A stretch of 64,000 nt of DNA from Hyphomicrobiaceae bacterium (GTDB lineage: Bacteria > Pseudomonadota > Alphaproteobacteria > Rhizobiales > Hyphomicrobiaceae), in NCBI GenBank assembly GCA_033764645.1, contig JANRIT010000081.1, positions 4,942 through 68,941 on the forward strand, read 5' to 3'. Below the pieces are notes generated by a model that saw only the letters and a program-made list of their open reading frames with translations, was not told the origin of the DNA and ran no database searches. Numbering within the stretch: position 1 is the stretch's first letter; every line of letters starts with the position of its first letter. Made by a program: the position numbers and the translations under genes. Below, piece by piece: positions 32,660 to 42,607 of the stretch.

Positions 32660-34420
32660 CTAGTGCATGGCGTCGGGTGCCTCGACGCCCAGAATGCCCA
32701 AGCCGGAGGATATCACCTGCCGGGTTGCGGCGATCAGGGCGAGGCGGGCCGACGTGAGCCCCGCATCATCAGCGGTGATGAAGCGCAAATGTGGCGAATC
32801 GTTGCCGCGGGCCCATTGCGCGTGCAGTGCACTCGCCAGCTCGTACAAGTAGAACGCGAGCCGGTGCGGCTCGTGCGCCTTGGCCGCCCCTTCGATCAGA
32901 CGCGGGAAGGCGGCGAGCTTCCTGATCAGCTCCAGCTCGCCGGGGTCGGCGAGGCGGCCGAGGTCGGCCGACAGCAGGCCTGCGAGCGACGTATCGAGCC
33001 CCGGCATCTGCTCGGCGGCATTGCGCAGCACGCTGGAAGCGCGCGCGTGTGCGTACTGCACGTAGAAGACGGGATTGTCCTTCGACTGCTCGGTGACCTT
33101 GGCGAAGTCGAAGTCGAGGGCGGCGTCGTTCTTGCGGTAGAGCATCATGAAGCGGACGGGATCGCGGCCGACCTCGTCGACGACGTCGCGCAGCGTGACG
33201 AACGTGCCGGCGCGCTTGGACATGCGAACGGGCTCGCCGGCGCGGAACAGCTTGACGAGCTGGCAGACCTTGATGTCGAAGGCGCACGCCCCGTCGGACA
33301 GCGCGGCGACGGCGGCCGTCATGCGCTTGATGTAGCCGATGTGATCGGCGCCGAAGACGTTGATGAGATGCGTGAAGCCGCGCTCCAGCTTGTCGTAGTG
33401 GTAGCCGATGTCACCGGCAAAATAGGTGTAGCTGCCGTCCGATTTCTGGATCGCGCGGTCGACGTCGTCGCCATGCGACGTGGAGCGGAACAGGGTCTGC
33501 TCGCGCTCCTCCCATTCCTCGTCGTCATGGCCCTTCGGGCGGGGCAGCACCCCCTTGTAGATGAGCCCCTTCTTGTCGAGGGCGGCGATGGCGGCGGCGA
33601 TCTGGTCGCGGCCGCCCGCAGTCATCGAGGCCTCGGAGAAAAACACGTCGTGGGAGATGTCGAGTGCAGCGAGGTCGTCGCGGATGACGGCCATCATCAT
33701 GGCGATGGCCTTGGCGCGCACCATCGGCAGCCAGTCCTCCTCCGGCTTCTGCAACAGCGCGCGGCCGTGCTCGGCGGCAAGGGCATCGCCGACCGGCTTC
33801 AGGTAGTCGCCGGGGTAGAGGCCGGCCGGGATCTCGCCGATGTCCTCGCCGAGCGCCTCCCGGTAGCGCAGGTAGGCGGAACGTGCGAGCACGTCGACCT
33901 GGCCACCGGCGTCGTTGATGTAATACTCGCGCGTGACGTCGTAGCCGGCGAACTCGAGGAGGCGGGCCAGCGCATCGCCGAACACGGCGCCGCGGCAATG
34001 GCCGACGTGCATCGGTCCGGTCGGATTGGCGGACACGTACTCGACGTTGAGCTTGGCGCCCTTGCCGAGATCGGCGACGCCGTAGTTCGCCGTCTCCTCG
34101 TTGATGACACGCACGAGCCGCCGCCAGTAGGCGGGCTTCAGCGTCAGGTTGAGGAAGCCCGGCCCGGCGATCTCGACGGCGTCGACGTCTGGCGCGGCGC
34201 TGACCTTCGCCTTGATCAGCTCGGCGATGTCGCGCGGCTTCATGCCGGCCTTCTTGGCGAGCACCATGGCGGCGTTGCAGGCGATGTCGCCGTGGCTCGC
34301 CTCGCGCGGGACCTCCGCCTCGACGCGGCCGATGTCGAGCCCGGACGGCAGCTTGCCTTCGGCGACGAGTTCGGCCAGCGCGCGACCCACCAGGTCCTCG
34401 ACATGCGCGAATACGTTCAT
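32660..34420 (-). CDS. argS: arginyl-tRNA synthetase
   Basis: Full-length ArgS similarity ([12 protein letters not shown] class I HIGH motif, MSKRAG KMSKS-like motif, DALRFMML-like C-terminal region). Confidence 0.95.
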   Translation of the reverse strand: MNVFAHVEDLVGRALAELVAEGKLPSGLDIGRVEAEVPREASHGDIACNAAMVLAKKAGMKPRDIAELIKAKVSAAPDVDAVEIAGPGFLNLTLKPAYWRRLVRVINEETANYGVADLGKGAKLNVEYVSANPTGPMHVGHCRGAVFGDALARLLEFAGYDVTREYYINDAGGQVDVLARSAYLRYREALGEDIGEIPAGLYPGDYLKPVGDALAAEHGRALLQKPEEDWLPMVRAKAIAMMMAVIRDDLAALDISHDVFFSEASMTAGGRDQIAAAIAALDKKGLIYKGVLPRPKGHDDEEWEEREQTLFRSTSHGDDVDRAIQKSDGSYTYFAGDIGYHYDKLERGFTHLINVFGADHIGYIKRMTAAVAALSDGACAFDIKVCQLVKLFRAGEPVRMSKRAGTFVTLRDVVDEVGRDPVRFMMLYRKNDAALDFDFAKVTEQSKDNPVFYVQYAHARASSVLRNAAEQMPGLDTSLAGLLSADLGRLADPGELELIRKLAAFPRLIEGAAKAHEPHRLAFYLYELASALHAQWARGNDSPHLRFITADDAGLTSARLALIAATRQVISSGLGILGVEAPDAMH

Positions 34421-34462
34421 GCTGGTTGAGCCTTCCCGGACGGCGGCGGAGTTGCGTGCCGG

Positions 34463-35725
34463 CTAACGCAATTCCGGAGTGGCGTCAAACAAGCGCCGGT
34501 GCTCGGCGATGGCGAGGCGATCGGTCATGCCGGCCACGTAATCGGCGACGAGGCGGGCGCGGCGGCGGGGCGCGCGGGCCAACGCCTCCTCCGCCCACCC
34601 GGCCGGCAGCAGGTCGGGGCTGGCGAGGAAGCGGGCGAACAGGTCCTCGACGATGCGCTCGGCGTTGCCCATCACTGCCATCACATTGGGGTGGCGATAG
34701 ACGCGGGCGAACAGGAACGCCTTCACGGCGGAAACCTCGGCGGCCATGCCGCTGGAAAAGGCGACGATGGGAGTTCCCGCCGCCCGGATGTGATCGGCGG
34801 TCGCTGGCGCGAGGCCAGCGAGGCGCCGGCGGGTCTCGCCGACGGCATCGGCGATCATCGCGGTGATCGCTGCCCGCGTGATCTCGTAAATGATGCGGGC
34901 GGGCTCGACAGCGCGGGCCCGATCGGCATCGGGGGCTGCCAGCACGCGTGCCGCGATGTTGCCGACGAGAGGGGCGCCGGCGAGATCGGCGATGGTGAGG
35001 AGGCCGGCCCGCAGCGCGTCATCGATGTCGTGATTGACGTAGGCGATGTCGTCGGCGATGGCTGCGACCTGCGCTTCTCCGGCCGCGTGCGTCGCAAGCT
35101 CGAGCGAGCGCCACGGCGCAAGCAGATTTGCCACCTTGGCGACGGCGTGAGGATGGCCGCCCGGCGTCGTCTCGGCGACGGGTCCGTTGTGCTTGGCGAG
35201 CCCCTCGAGCGTCTCCCAGGTCAGGTTGAGGCCATCGAAGGCGCGGTACTTGCGCTCGAGCCGCGTGACGATGCGCAGCGACTGGGCGTTGTGATCGAAG
35301 CCGCCGCACACGGACGCCGCACGATCGAGGGCGCGCTCGCCGGCGTGGCCGAAGGGCGAGTGGCCGAGGTCGTGGGCAAGTGCCAGCGCCTCGGCGAGAT
35401 CCTCGTCGAGGCAGAGCTGGCGGGCCATCGTGCGGGCGATCTGGGCCACCTCGAGACTGTGGGTCAGCCGCGTGCGGTAGTGGTCGCCCTCGTGCACGAC
35501 GAAGACCTGCGTCTTGTAGGTCAGCCGCCGGAACGGGGCGGAATGCAGCACGCGGTCGCGGTCACGCTGGAAGGGGCCGCGCGCCGGGCAGTCGGGCTCG
35601 GTATGCTGGCGGCCGCGCGTCGCGATGGCACTCGCGGCGTACGGCGCCAGACGGCGCTCGCCGGGAGCGAGGCTCGCGCCGAAGTCCTCTGCGGGGAGGG
35701 GCTGTCTGGGTTTCGTCGGCGCCAT
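34463..35725 (-). CDS. deoxyguanosinetriphosphate triphosphohydrolase-like protein (HD domain)
   Basis: FQRDRDR..HS..FRRL..KTQVF....DHYRTRLTHSLEVAQIAR...AHDLGH.PFGH signature. Confidence 0.9.
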   Translation of the reverse strand: MAPTKPRQPLPAEDFGASLAPGERRLAPYAASAIATRGRQHTEPDCPARGPFQRDRDRVLHSAPFRRLTYKTQVFVVHEGDHYRTRLTHSLEVAQIARTMARQLCLDEDLAEALALAHDLGHSPFGHAGERALDRAASVCGGFDHNAQSLRIVTRLERKYRAFDGLNLTWETLEGLAKHNGPVAETTPGGHPHAVAKVANLLAPWRSLELATHAAGEAQVAAIADDIAYVNHDIDDALRAGLLTIADLAGAPLVGNIAARVLAAPDADRARAVEPARIIYEITRAAITAMIADAVGETRRRLAGLAPATADHIRAAGTPIVAFSSGMAAEVSAVKAFLFARVYRHPNVMAVMGNAERIVEDLFARFLASPDLLPAGWAEEALARAPRRRARLVADYVAGMTDRLAIAEHRRLFDATPELR

Positions 35726-35886
35726 GGCTCATTGATCCTGGAGGTGGCCTCACGGCGCCATCATTTGACAGCCGGCCGGCTGCTCCTATCTTCAGGGCGT
35801 ACAGTCTGCGCATGGATTATGCACATGCTGCAAGCGCGGCGGAGCCACCCTGGTCGTACCGCGCTTACCTTGGAGATCGAGACACC

Positions 35887-36231
35887 ATGGATACGCCGCT
35901 CGTTCCAGCCACCGTCGTGCTGACCGAGAACGCTGCCCGCCGCATCGTGGAGATCGTGGCCGCGGAGCCGACCAACAAGCTGTTGCGCGTGGCGGTCGAG
36001 GGTGGCGGCTGCTCGGGCTTCCAGTATAGATATGATCTCGTTGCAAGCCCGGCCGAGGACGACCTGATCCTCGAGCGCAGCGGGGCGCGCGTGCTCATCG
36101 ATCCCCTATCGCTCGGCTTTCTGGCCGGCTCGGAGATCGACTATGTCGACGACCTCATCGGCGCCTCGTTCCAGATCCGCAACCCCAACGCGACGGCCTC
36201 GTGCGGCTGCGGGACGAGCTTTTCGCTGTAA
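35887..36231 (+). CDS. erpA: iron-sulfur cluster insertion protein ErpA (A-type carrier)
   Basis: Internal ATG 35887 of ORF 35380..36231. LRV.VEGGGCSGFQY and the C-terminal CGCG.SF motif. Confidence 0.9.
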   Translation: MDTPLVPATVVLTENAARRIVEIVAAEPTNKLLRVAVEGGGCSGFQYRYDLVASPAEDDLILERSGARVLIDPLSLGFLAGSEIDYVDDLIGASFQIRNPNATASCGCGTSFSL

Positions 36232-36350
36232 GGTCTCGCCGGCACCCGGCATTGCCCTGACGACAAGGTCCTGACGACAGGGCGCTCTCGTCAGGCGCTG
36301 GCCCCTCGCCCGTTGTCACACCCCGCGAGCGGGAAAAGTGCGGAGTGCCC

Positions 36351-37133
36351 ATGAAAATCGCCACCTTCAACGTCAACGGCATCAAGGCGCGGCTCGAGAC
36401 GACGCTGACGTGGCTGCAGGATGCCAAGCCAGACGTCGCCTGCCTGCAAGAGATCAAGAGCGTCGACGAGGGCTTTCCGGCCGAGATGTTCGAGGCGGCT
36501 GGATACAGCGTCGCAACGCACGGGCAGAAGGGCTTCAACGGCGTTGCGCTGTTGTCGCGGCTGCCGCTGGAAGACGTCATGCGCGGCCTGCCCGGTGACG
36601 AAAACGACGCGCAGGCCCGCTACATCGAGGCGACGGTCGTCGGACAAGAGCGCGCGGTGCGCATCGCCGGCCTCTACCTTCCCAACGGCAACCCGATCGG
36701 GACGGAGAAATTCACCTACAAGCTCGGCTGGATGGCGCGGCTCGAGACGCACGTCGGCGCCATGCTGGAAGCGGAAATGCCGCTCGTCGTCGCCGGCGAT
36801 TTCAACGTCATTCCCATGCCGGCCGATGCCAAGCGACCCGAGGCGTGGACGGGCGATGCGCTCTACCAGCCGGAGAGCCGGGCGGCGTGGCGTGCCCTCA
36901 CCCACCTCGGCCTGACGGATGCCATCCGTGCCACGCATCCCGGCGCCGGCGTCTACACGTTCTGGGACTACCAGGCCGGTGCCTTCCAGAAGGACGACGG
37001 CATCCGCATCGACCACCTGCTGCTGTCCGCGCAGGCCGCCGACCTACTGCAGGCCGCTGGCATCGACAAGGCGACACGCGGCTGGGAGAAGCCGTCCGAC
37101 CATGTGCCGGTGTGGGTGGAACTGGCCGCCTGA
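36351..37133 (+). CDS. xthA: exodeoxyribonuclease III
   Basis: ATG 36351 (MKIATFNVNGIKAR) with GGAG 5 nt upstream. CLQE.K, GDFNV and IDH....SDH.PV motifs. Confidence 0.9.
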   Translation: MKIATFNVNGIKARLETTLTWLQDAKPDVACLQEIKSVDEGFPAEMFEAAGYSVATHGQKGFNGVALLSRLPLEDVMRGLPGDENDAQARYIEATVVGQERAVRIAGLYLPNGNPIGTEKFTYKLGWMARLETHVGAMLEAEMPLVVAGDFNVIPMPADAKRPEAWTGDALYQPESRAAWRALTHLGLTDAIRATHPGAGVYTFWDYQAGAFQKDDGIRIDHLLLSAQAADLLQAAGIDKATRGWEKPSDHVPVWVELAA

Positions 37134-37181
37134 GGGTCTGGTTCAGCGCATACCCGTCAGGCGGTTGCCGGCTCAGCCGCG

Positions 37182-37523
37182 TCAGCAGCCGTGGATGCGC
37201 AGACAGCGACGGTAGCGCCAGCCATAACCCCAGCGGCTCGCGCACTCGGCGCGCCACGCGCTGCAGCGGCCATAGCGGCGATAGCCACCACGGCGGTGAC
37301 ATGCGACGCGGCCCACGCCCGGCACATGGCGATGGTAGCCGGCGGGGCCCCAGGCACAGTACGTGTGCCAGCCGTGCACTGGTGTCAGCAGGCTGCCGGC
37401 GGCGTCGATGGCGAGCGCCGGGGCGCTCGTCGCGGGCAGGGTGACGGCTGCGGCGCTTGCACTATTGGATGCGGCGGCCAGCGCGGCAGACATGGCGACC
37501 ACGGCCAGTATCGATCTGATCAT
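37182..37523 (-). CDS. small secreted Cys/Arg/aromatic-rich protein
   Basis: Internal ATG 37523 with GAGGGAG upstream. Signal peptide MIRSILAVVAMSAALAAASNSASA. C-terminal 60 aa hold 6 Cys plus many R/Y/W/H/G (HRRGGYRRYGRC...RWGYGWRYRRCLRIHGC). Confidence 0.5.
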   Translation of the reverse strand: MIRSILAVVAMSAALAAASNSASAAAVTLPATSAPALAIDAAGSLLTPVHGWHTYCAWGPAGYHRHVPGVGRVACHRRGGYRRYGRCSAWRAECASRWGYGWRYRRCLRIHGC

Positions 37524-37790
37524 GTCGAACTCCCTCGTCGATGATGGGGCGTTGCGAGGACCGGGCCATCGGCAGCGCGACCGCGATGTCACCCGAAACG
37601 TTCCGCCACGATGCCGCCTGATCGCTGAACGGGAACTGAACGGAGAAAAGCCCGGGGCGCCGCCTGCGCTTTCCATTCCTCGGGGATCGCAGGGGAGGTC
37701 TCGTCCTCTGGTCTGTCGCATGTCCATCGACGAAGCGAAGTCCGCGTCGCCGGAGAAAAACTCGGGGGAGATTCCGGTTCGGCGGCCGCC

Positions 37791-38924
37791 TCAGCGGCTG
37801 GGTGAGCCGACCGAGCGCAGGCTGCCGCCCGTACCGCCCACATCGCCGGACATGAAGCCCATCGAGGGGGCTCCCGGCTGCGGCTGACCGCCAGAGGAGG
37901 TGGCGAGCGCGTCGAGCGCCGGGCCGGGACCTGCGCCCGGGCCACGCGCGTCGAGGGGACGGCTCGGCGCAGCGCCGGGCAGCGCGGACGGCAGGGCCGG
38001 GGCCGCAGTCTCCGGATGCTTCGGCCCGCCGAGCACCATCGGCACGACCCGGCCGTCGGCGCATGTGCGTGAGGCATTGGCGCCAAGAGTGCCGAGGCCG
38101 CTGTCGTCCTGGGTGTTCGGCCGGCGTCCGTAGCGGGTGTCCCATTCGGCGACCATGCCGTCGACCTGGCTGCGCACACCCTCGGCGGCGCCGCAGTAGA
38201 TGTTCTGGTAGATGTCGTGGATCCAGACCTCGTCCTCCTGCGGCGCATTCTTGGCGGCGACCGAGATCAGGGCGAGCGCGCGGACGGGATCGTGCGGCAT
38301 GAACTTGCCGCGCCAGAGCAGGTCGGCGAGGAAGGCCTGGGCACCAGCGTGGCCCTTCTGGGCGAGCGTCGCCAGCCAGTGGCGCGCCCGCGGCGCATCC
38401 GCGCGAACGCCCTCGCCGCGCAGCAGCATCTTGGCCAACTCGAACTGGGCGTCCTCGTCGTTGAAGAAAATCGCGGCGTGATGGAGGTAGTCGGCGGCTC
38501 GCACAGGATCGGGCCGGACGCCGAGCTCGGGCAGGCCGACACGGACATAGCCGGCGAGCGCGGTCATGGAGCGGGCGACATAGGGCGCGCGCTGATCATC
38601 CTCGGGATCGGCGTCGGCGTGCTCGTTGGCGATCTTCTGGAAGAGAACGAAGGCCTTGGAGTGGTCCGTATGGGCGCTGCCGTTGTCGGCGTAGAGCTTG
38701 GCGAGGAAATACTGACCGAGGAACAGGTTGCGCGAGGCGGCGTGCTCGAGGGCGGGGATCGCTATCTCATAATACCCGCCCGTGTAGGCGCTGACGCCCT
38801 GGCGCAGGGCCTCCTCGGGCGAGGTGAACTCCGGCACGGCCGCGCGCGCCGACGGGGCGACCGGGACCAGCACAGCGAGCCCCATGGCCAGCACGAGGCC
38901 GAGCAAACGATCAGATGTCCGCAT
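37791..38924 (-). CDS. periplasmic Sel1-repeat (TPR-like) protein, ExoR-like, with Pro/Gly-rich tail
   Basis: Signal peptide. Several Sel1-like units (A..YL..AA..G...AQF.LA.ML..G.GV..D...A..W). About 110-aa low-complexity C-terminus. The start overlaps the ilvD 3' end by 14 nt. Confidence 0.7.
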   Translation of the reverse strand: MRTSDRLLGLVLAMGLAVLVPVAPSARAAVPEFTSPEEALRQGVSAYTGGYYEIAIPALEHAASRNLFLGQYFLAKLYADNGSAHTDHSKAFVLFQKIANEHADADPEDDQRAPYVARSMTALAGYVRVGLPELGVRPDPVRAADYLHHAAIFFNDEDAQFELAKMLLRGEGVRADAPRARHWLATLAQKGHAGAQAFLADLLWRGKFMPHDPVRALALISVAAKNAPQEDEVWIHDIYQNIYCGAAEGVRSQVDGMVAEWDTRYGRRPNTQDDSGLGTLGANASRTCADGRVVPMVLGGPKHPETAAPALPSALPGAAPSRPLDARGPGAGPGPALDALATSSGGQPQPGAPSMGFMSGDVGGTGGSLRSVGSPSR

Positions 38925-40635
38925 ATTGCATCACTTCCGCTTGGCCGCCGGCGTGGGTGACGGCGCCGAAGCGCGCTGGCCCCACCTCTTTGGCGTATTT
39001 GCGCAGAACGCCGCTCTGATACGGGTTGGCAGGCAGTTTCCAGGCGGCGCGCCGCCGTTCGAGCTCGTCGGGGGATACATCGAGATCGATGGTTCCGGCC
39101 TCGGCGTCGATGGTGATGATGTCGCCGTCGCGCACGAGCGCGATCGGGCCACAGTCGGCGGCTTCCGGCCCGACGTGGCCGATACAGAAGCCGCGGGTTG
39201 CCCCCGAGAAGCGCCCGTCGGTGATGAGGGCGACCTTGTCGCCGGCGCCCTGGCCGTAGAGCGCCGCCGTCGTCGACAGCATCTCGCGCATGCCGGGGCC
39301 GCCCTTGGGGCCCTCGTAGCGAATGACGAGCACCTCGCCCTCACGGTAGGCCTTCTGCTCGACGGCGGCGAAGGCATCCTCCTCGCAGTCGAAGCAGCGG
39401 GCAGGGCCGGAGAAGCGCAGGTTCTTGAGGCCGGCCACCTTCACCATGGCGCCGTCCGGCGCCAGCGAGCCCCTGAGGCCGACGACGCCTCCCGTCGGCG
39501 AGATGGGATTGGAGACGGGCCGCACGATCGACTGCGTCGGGTCAAAGCGCACGTCCGCGAGGTTCTCGGCCATGGTCTTGCCGGTGACGGTCAGGCAGTC
39601 GCCGTGCAGGAAGCCACCGTCGAGCAGGGCGCGCAGGATCTGCGGGATGCCGCCGATGTCGTACACGTCCTTGGCGACGAAATGGCCGCCGGGCTTCAGG
39701 TCGGCGATGTACGGCGTGCGCTTGAATATCTCGGCGACGTCGAACAGGTCGAAAACGATGCCGCACTCGTGCGCCATCGCCGGGAGATGGAGCGCGGCGT
39801 TGGTCGAGCCGCCGGTGGCGGCGACGATGGTGGCGGCGTTCTCGAAGGCCTTCAGCGTACAGATGTCGCGCGGGCGCAGGTTGAGCGCCAAGAGGTTCAT
39901 GACCGCGCGGCCGCTGTCGAGCGCGTAGGCATCGCGGCTCTCGTAGGGCGCCGGCGCGCCGGCCGAGCCCGGCAGGGCAAGCCCGATCGCCTCGGACACC
40001 ATGGCCATGGTGTTGGCGGTGTACTGCCCGCCACAGGCACCGGCCGACGGACACGCCACGCATTCCAGCTCGTGCAGCTCTTGCTCCGTCATGCGCCCGG
40101 AGGAGTGCATGCCAACGCCTTCGAAGACGTCCTGCACCGTGACGTCCCGGCCCTTGTAGCGGCCGGGCAGAATCGAGCCGCCGTACATGAAGACGGCCGG
40201 CACGTTGAGGCGCAGCATCGCCATCATCGTGCCGGGGAGAGACTTGTCGCAGCCGGCGACGCCGACGATCGCGTCGTAACAGTGGCCGCGCATGGTCAGC
40301 TCGATGGAATCGGCGATGACCTCCCGCGAGACGAGCGACGACTTCATGCCCTGGTGGCCCATGGCGATGCCGTCGGTGACGGTAATGGTGCAGAACTCGC
40401 GCGGCGTGCCGCCAGCCTCGTCGACGCCCTTCTTGACCGACTGCGCCTGACGCATGAGGGCGATGTTGCAGGGGGCCGCTTCGTTCCAGCACGATACGAC
40501 GCCGACGAACGGCCGGGCGATCTGCTCCTCGGTCATGCCCATGGCGTAGTAATAGGAGCGGTGCGGCGCGCGGGCCGGACCAACCGTGACGTGCCGGCTC
40601 GGCAGCTTTGCCTTGTCGAACTTGTGCCCGCTCAT
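38911..40635 (-). CDS. ilvD: dihydroxy-acid dehydratase
   Basis: Full-length IlvD/Edd similarity ([56 protein letters not shown]). Confidence 0.95.
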   Translation of the reverse strand: MSGHKFDKAKLPSRHVTVGPARAPHRSYYYAMGMTEEQIARPFVGVVSCWNEAAPCNIALMRQAQSVKKGVDEAGGTPREFCTITVTDGIAMGHQGMKSSLVSREVIADSIELTMRGHCYDAIVGVAGCDKSLPGTMMAMLRLNVPAVFMYGGSILPGRYKGRDVTVQDVFEGVGMHSSGRMTEQELHELECVACPSAGACGGQYTANTMAMVSEAIGLALPGSAGAPAPYESRDAYALDSGRAVMNLLALNLRPRDICTLKAFENAATIVAATGGSTNAALHLPAMAHECGIVFDLFDVAEIFKRTPYIADLKPGGHFVAKDVYDIGGIPQILRALLDGGFLHGDCLTVTGKTMAENLADVRFDPTQSIVRPVSNPISPTGGVVGLRGSLAPDGAMVKVAGLKNLRFSGPARCFDCEEDAFAAVEQKAYREGEVLVIRYEGPKGGPGMREMLSTTAALYGQGAGDKVALITDGRFSGATRGFCIGHVGPEAADCGPIALVRDGDIITIDAEAGTIDLDVSPDELERRRAAWKLPANPYQSGVLRKYAKEVGPARFGAVTHAGGQAEVMQYADI

Positions 40636-40703
40636 GCCGCCCGCCCGCTCATGATTCCTGCCTGCTCATGCTGCCCGCCTGCCCGTGCTGCCTGCTTACC
40701 GAT
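40619..40703 (-). repeat. about five degenerate 17-nt tandem repeats spanning the ilvD start, creating two 6-codon uORFs
   Basis: Minus strand: ATCGGTAAGCAGGCAGC|ACGGGCAGGCGGGCAGC|ATGAGCAGGCAGGAATC|ATGAGCGGGCGGGCGGC|ATGAGCGGGCACAAG(ilvD). ATGs at 40669, 40652 and 40635 are spaced exactly 17 nt apart. Confidence 0.6.
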
Positions 40704-41239
40704 GTGCAAAGGCTGCGCCTCGCCGTGCCTGCCAGCATTCTGATTGTGCTGGGCACTGCGCTCCTTCAATAGGCGCCGGAGGCGACACAGCAAATGCCGA
40801 ACTCTGCGATGGAAGGCGCGCCGACAACTCCTTGTTGCGATAAGCCTTAGCGTTTCGATACGTGCGACGGGCCCGATCCGCCGCTTCCCACCACCGCTGC
40901 ACCGGCGCCCGGAGCTCGCAGGGTCACCGGGACGTCATGTGCGCGTCGTTTGTGGCCCAAAGGTGGCGTGTGTCCTGAGCCTTTGTGGCGGTTCAGCCAC
41001 TATCAACCATGTCGCGACGGCCGATGCGCCGCATGGTGAACGCGGGCCGCCACTCACGACGCGGTAAGAGTAAATCCCAGTCTCGGGCAGCAGCGCGGCG
41101 AACCCGTGGCACACCTGCAGAACGGACGGGCGCGACACGCTGGCCGGCGGCGTCACGGCCATGCCAAAGTGGCAGGCCCATACTCCGCCACGCCACCGTT
41201 GCGGCGCCTGATGCAATGATGCGATGCGGAGTCCCTGAC

Positions 41240-42607
41240 ATGCCTCGTGACGACAGTGCTGCGCTCGGGGGCGGGGGGCATGGCGATGCACTTGGCGAGG
41301 TCAACGGCTACCGGCTGGCGTGGTCGGGTCGCGCCTCGCCCTGGACCGAGGGGGCCGCATCCGCGCCAGTGCCGGCAGCCGACGCCGGCACCGCCCGCCC
41401 GATCGAGATCGCCTGGGTGCAGCCGCTCGGCCTCGTCTCGCTGGCGGTGACGAATTTCATCCGGCGCATCCTGACGCTGGGCGCCTACGACTTCTGGGGG
41501 CGCACGGAAGTCCGCCGGCGCCTGTGGAGTGCCGTCCGCATCGAGGGCGAGCCACTCACCTACCACGGCACGGGCCGCGAGTTGTGCACGGGCTTTCTCA
41601 TCGTCTTTGCCATCGTGATGGTGCCGCTCCTCATCGGATCGTTTCTGATCGCCGGCTTCTACGGCGGCAATCCAATCGCCATCGGAGTATTTCAGGCCAT
41701 CGCCTTCCTGGTGATCGCCTACCTGACCGGCGTCGGCGTGCACCGCGCGCAGCGCTACCGGCTGTCGCGGACGGCGTGGCGGGGCATCCGCGGAGGCCTC
41801 GACGGCAACGCCTTCGCCTACGGCTGGGTGCATCTGTGGACGCTGCTGTGCATCCCGGCGACACTGGGCTGGATCGCACCGTGGCGAACGACGCGGCTGC
41901 AAAGCCTGATCGCCAACGGCATGCACCTCGGCTCGCTGCCGGTGCGCTTCGAGGCGCGCTCGGCCTCGCTCTACGGGCCGTTCGCGGTGCTGTGGTTCAC
42001 CATGACGATCGGAGCTTTCCTCGGCACCGCCCTGTTCGGCGCCGTGGCCGCAGGCATCGTCGAAGGCTACGACCCGGTGCGCGATGCGAAGACCGACGCT
42101 TACCTGCGCACCGTGGTCGGCGGCCTCGCGATCGCCTTCATGGTGGCGGGCTACCTGCTCTATCTCGTGCTCAGTGCCTGGTATCAGGCGCGCGTCATCA
42201 ATCACTTCGCGAGCGCGACCCGGTTCGGGCAGGCGCGGCTCTCCTGCCGGGCGAGCGCCATCGGGCTCGCCTGGATCGGGGTCAGCAACGCGCTCATCCT
42301 GGCGGCCGGCGCGGTCGCCGCCGTCGCCGTGATGGCAGCCATCGCCATACCGATCGCGCTCGTTCTCAACCAGACGCTGCCGGCGTGGTCGTCCGTCGCG
42401 CTGCAACTCGCTCCGTTCGCGGCGATCATCGCCATCGCCGCACTCGGCATCCTGACGCCGGTGACGCAAGCCCGCTACAACCGCTACATCGTGGAGCGCA
42501 TGGCGATCGTCGGCCCTGTCGATCTGGCGGCCGTTGCGCAAAGCCATGGTGCCGGTGCGGACCGCGGGGAGGGGCTGTCGCAGGCCTTCGACATCGATGG
42601 ATACTGA
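41240..42607 (+). CDS. DUF898/YjgN family membrane protein
   Basis: Internal ATG 41240 of ORF 40985..42607. Two DUF898-like repeats (ILTLGAYDFWGRTEVRRRLW.., IPATLGWIAPWRTTRLQSL..) and about 8 TM segments. Confidence 0.7.
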   Translation: MPRDDSAALGGGGHGDALGEVNGYRLAWSGRASPWTEGAASAPVPAADAGTARPIEIAWVQPLGLVSLAVTNFIRRILTLGAYDFWGRTEVRRRLWSAVRIEGEPLTYHGTGRELCTGFLIVFAIVMVPLLIGSFLIAGFYGGNPIAIGVFQAIAFLVIAYLTGVGVHRAQRYRLSRTAWRGIRGGLDGNAFAYGWVHLWTLLCIPATLGWIAPWRTTRLQSLIANGMHLGSLPVRFEARSASLYGPFAVLWFTMTIGAFLGTALFGAVAAGIVEGYDPVRDAKTDAYLRTVVGGLAIAFMVAGYLLYLVLSAWYQARVINHFASATRFGQARLSCRASAIGLAWIGVSNALILAAGAVAAVAVMAAIAIPIALVLNQTLPAWSSVALQLAPFAAIIAIAALGILTPVTQARYNRYIVERMAIVGPVDLAAVAQSHGAGADRGEGLSQAFDIDGY

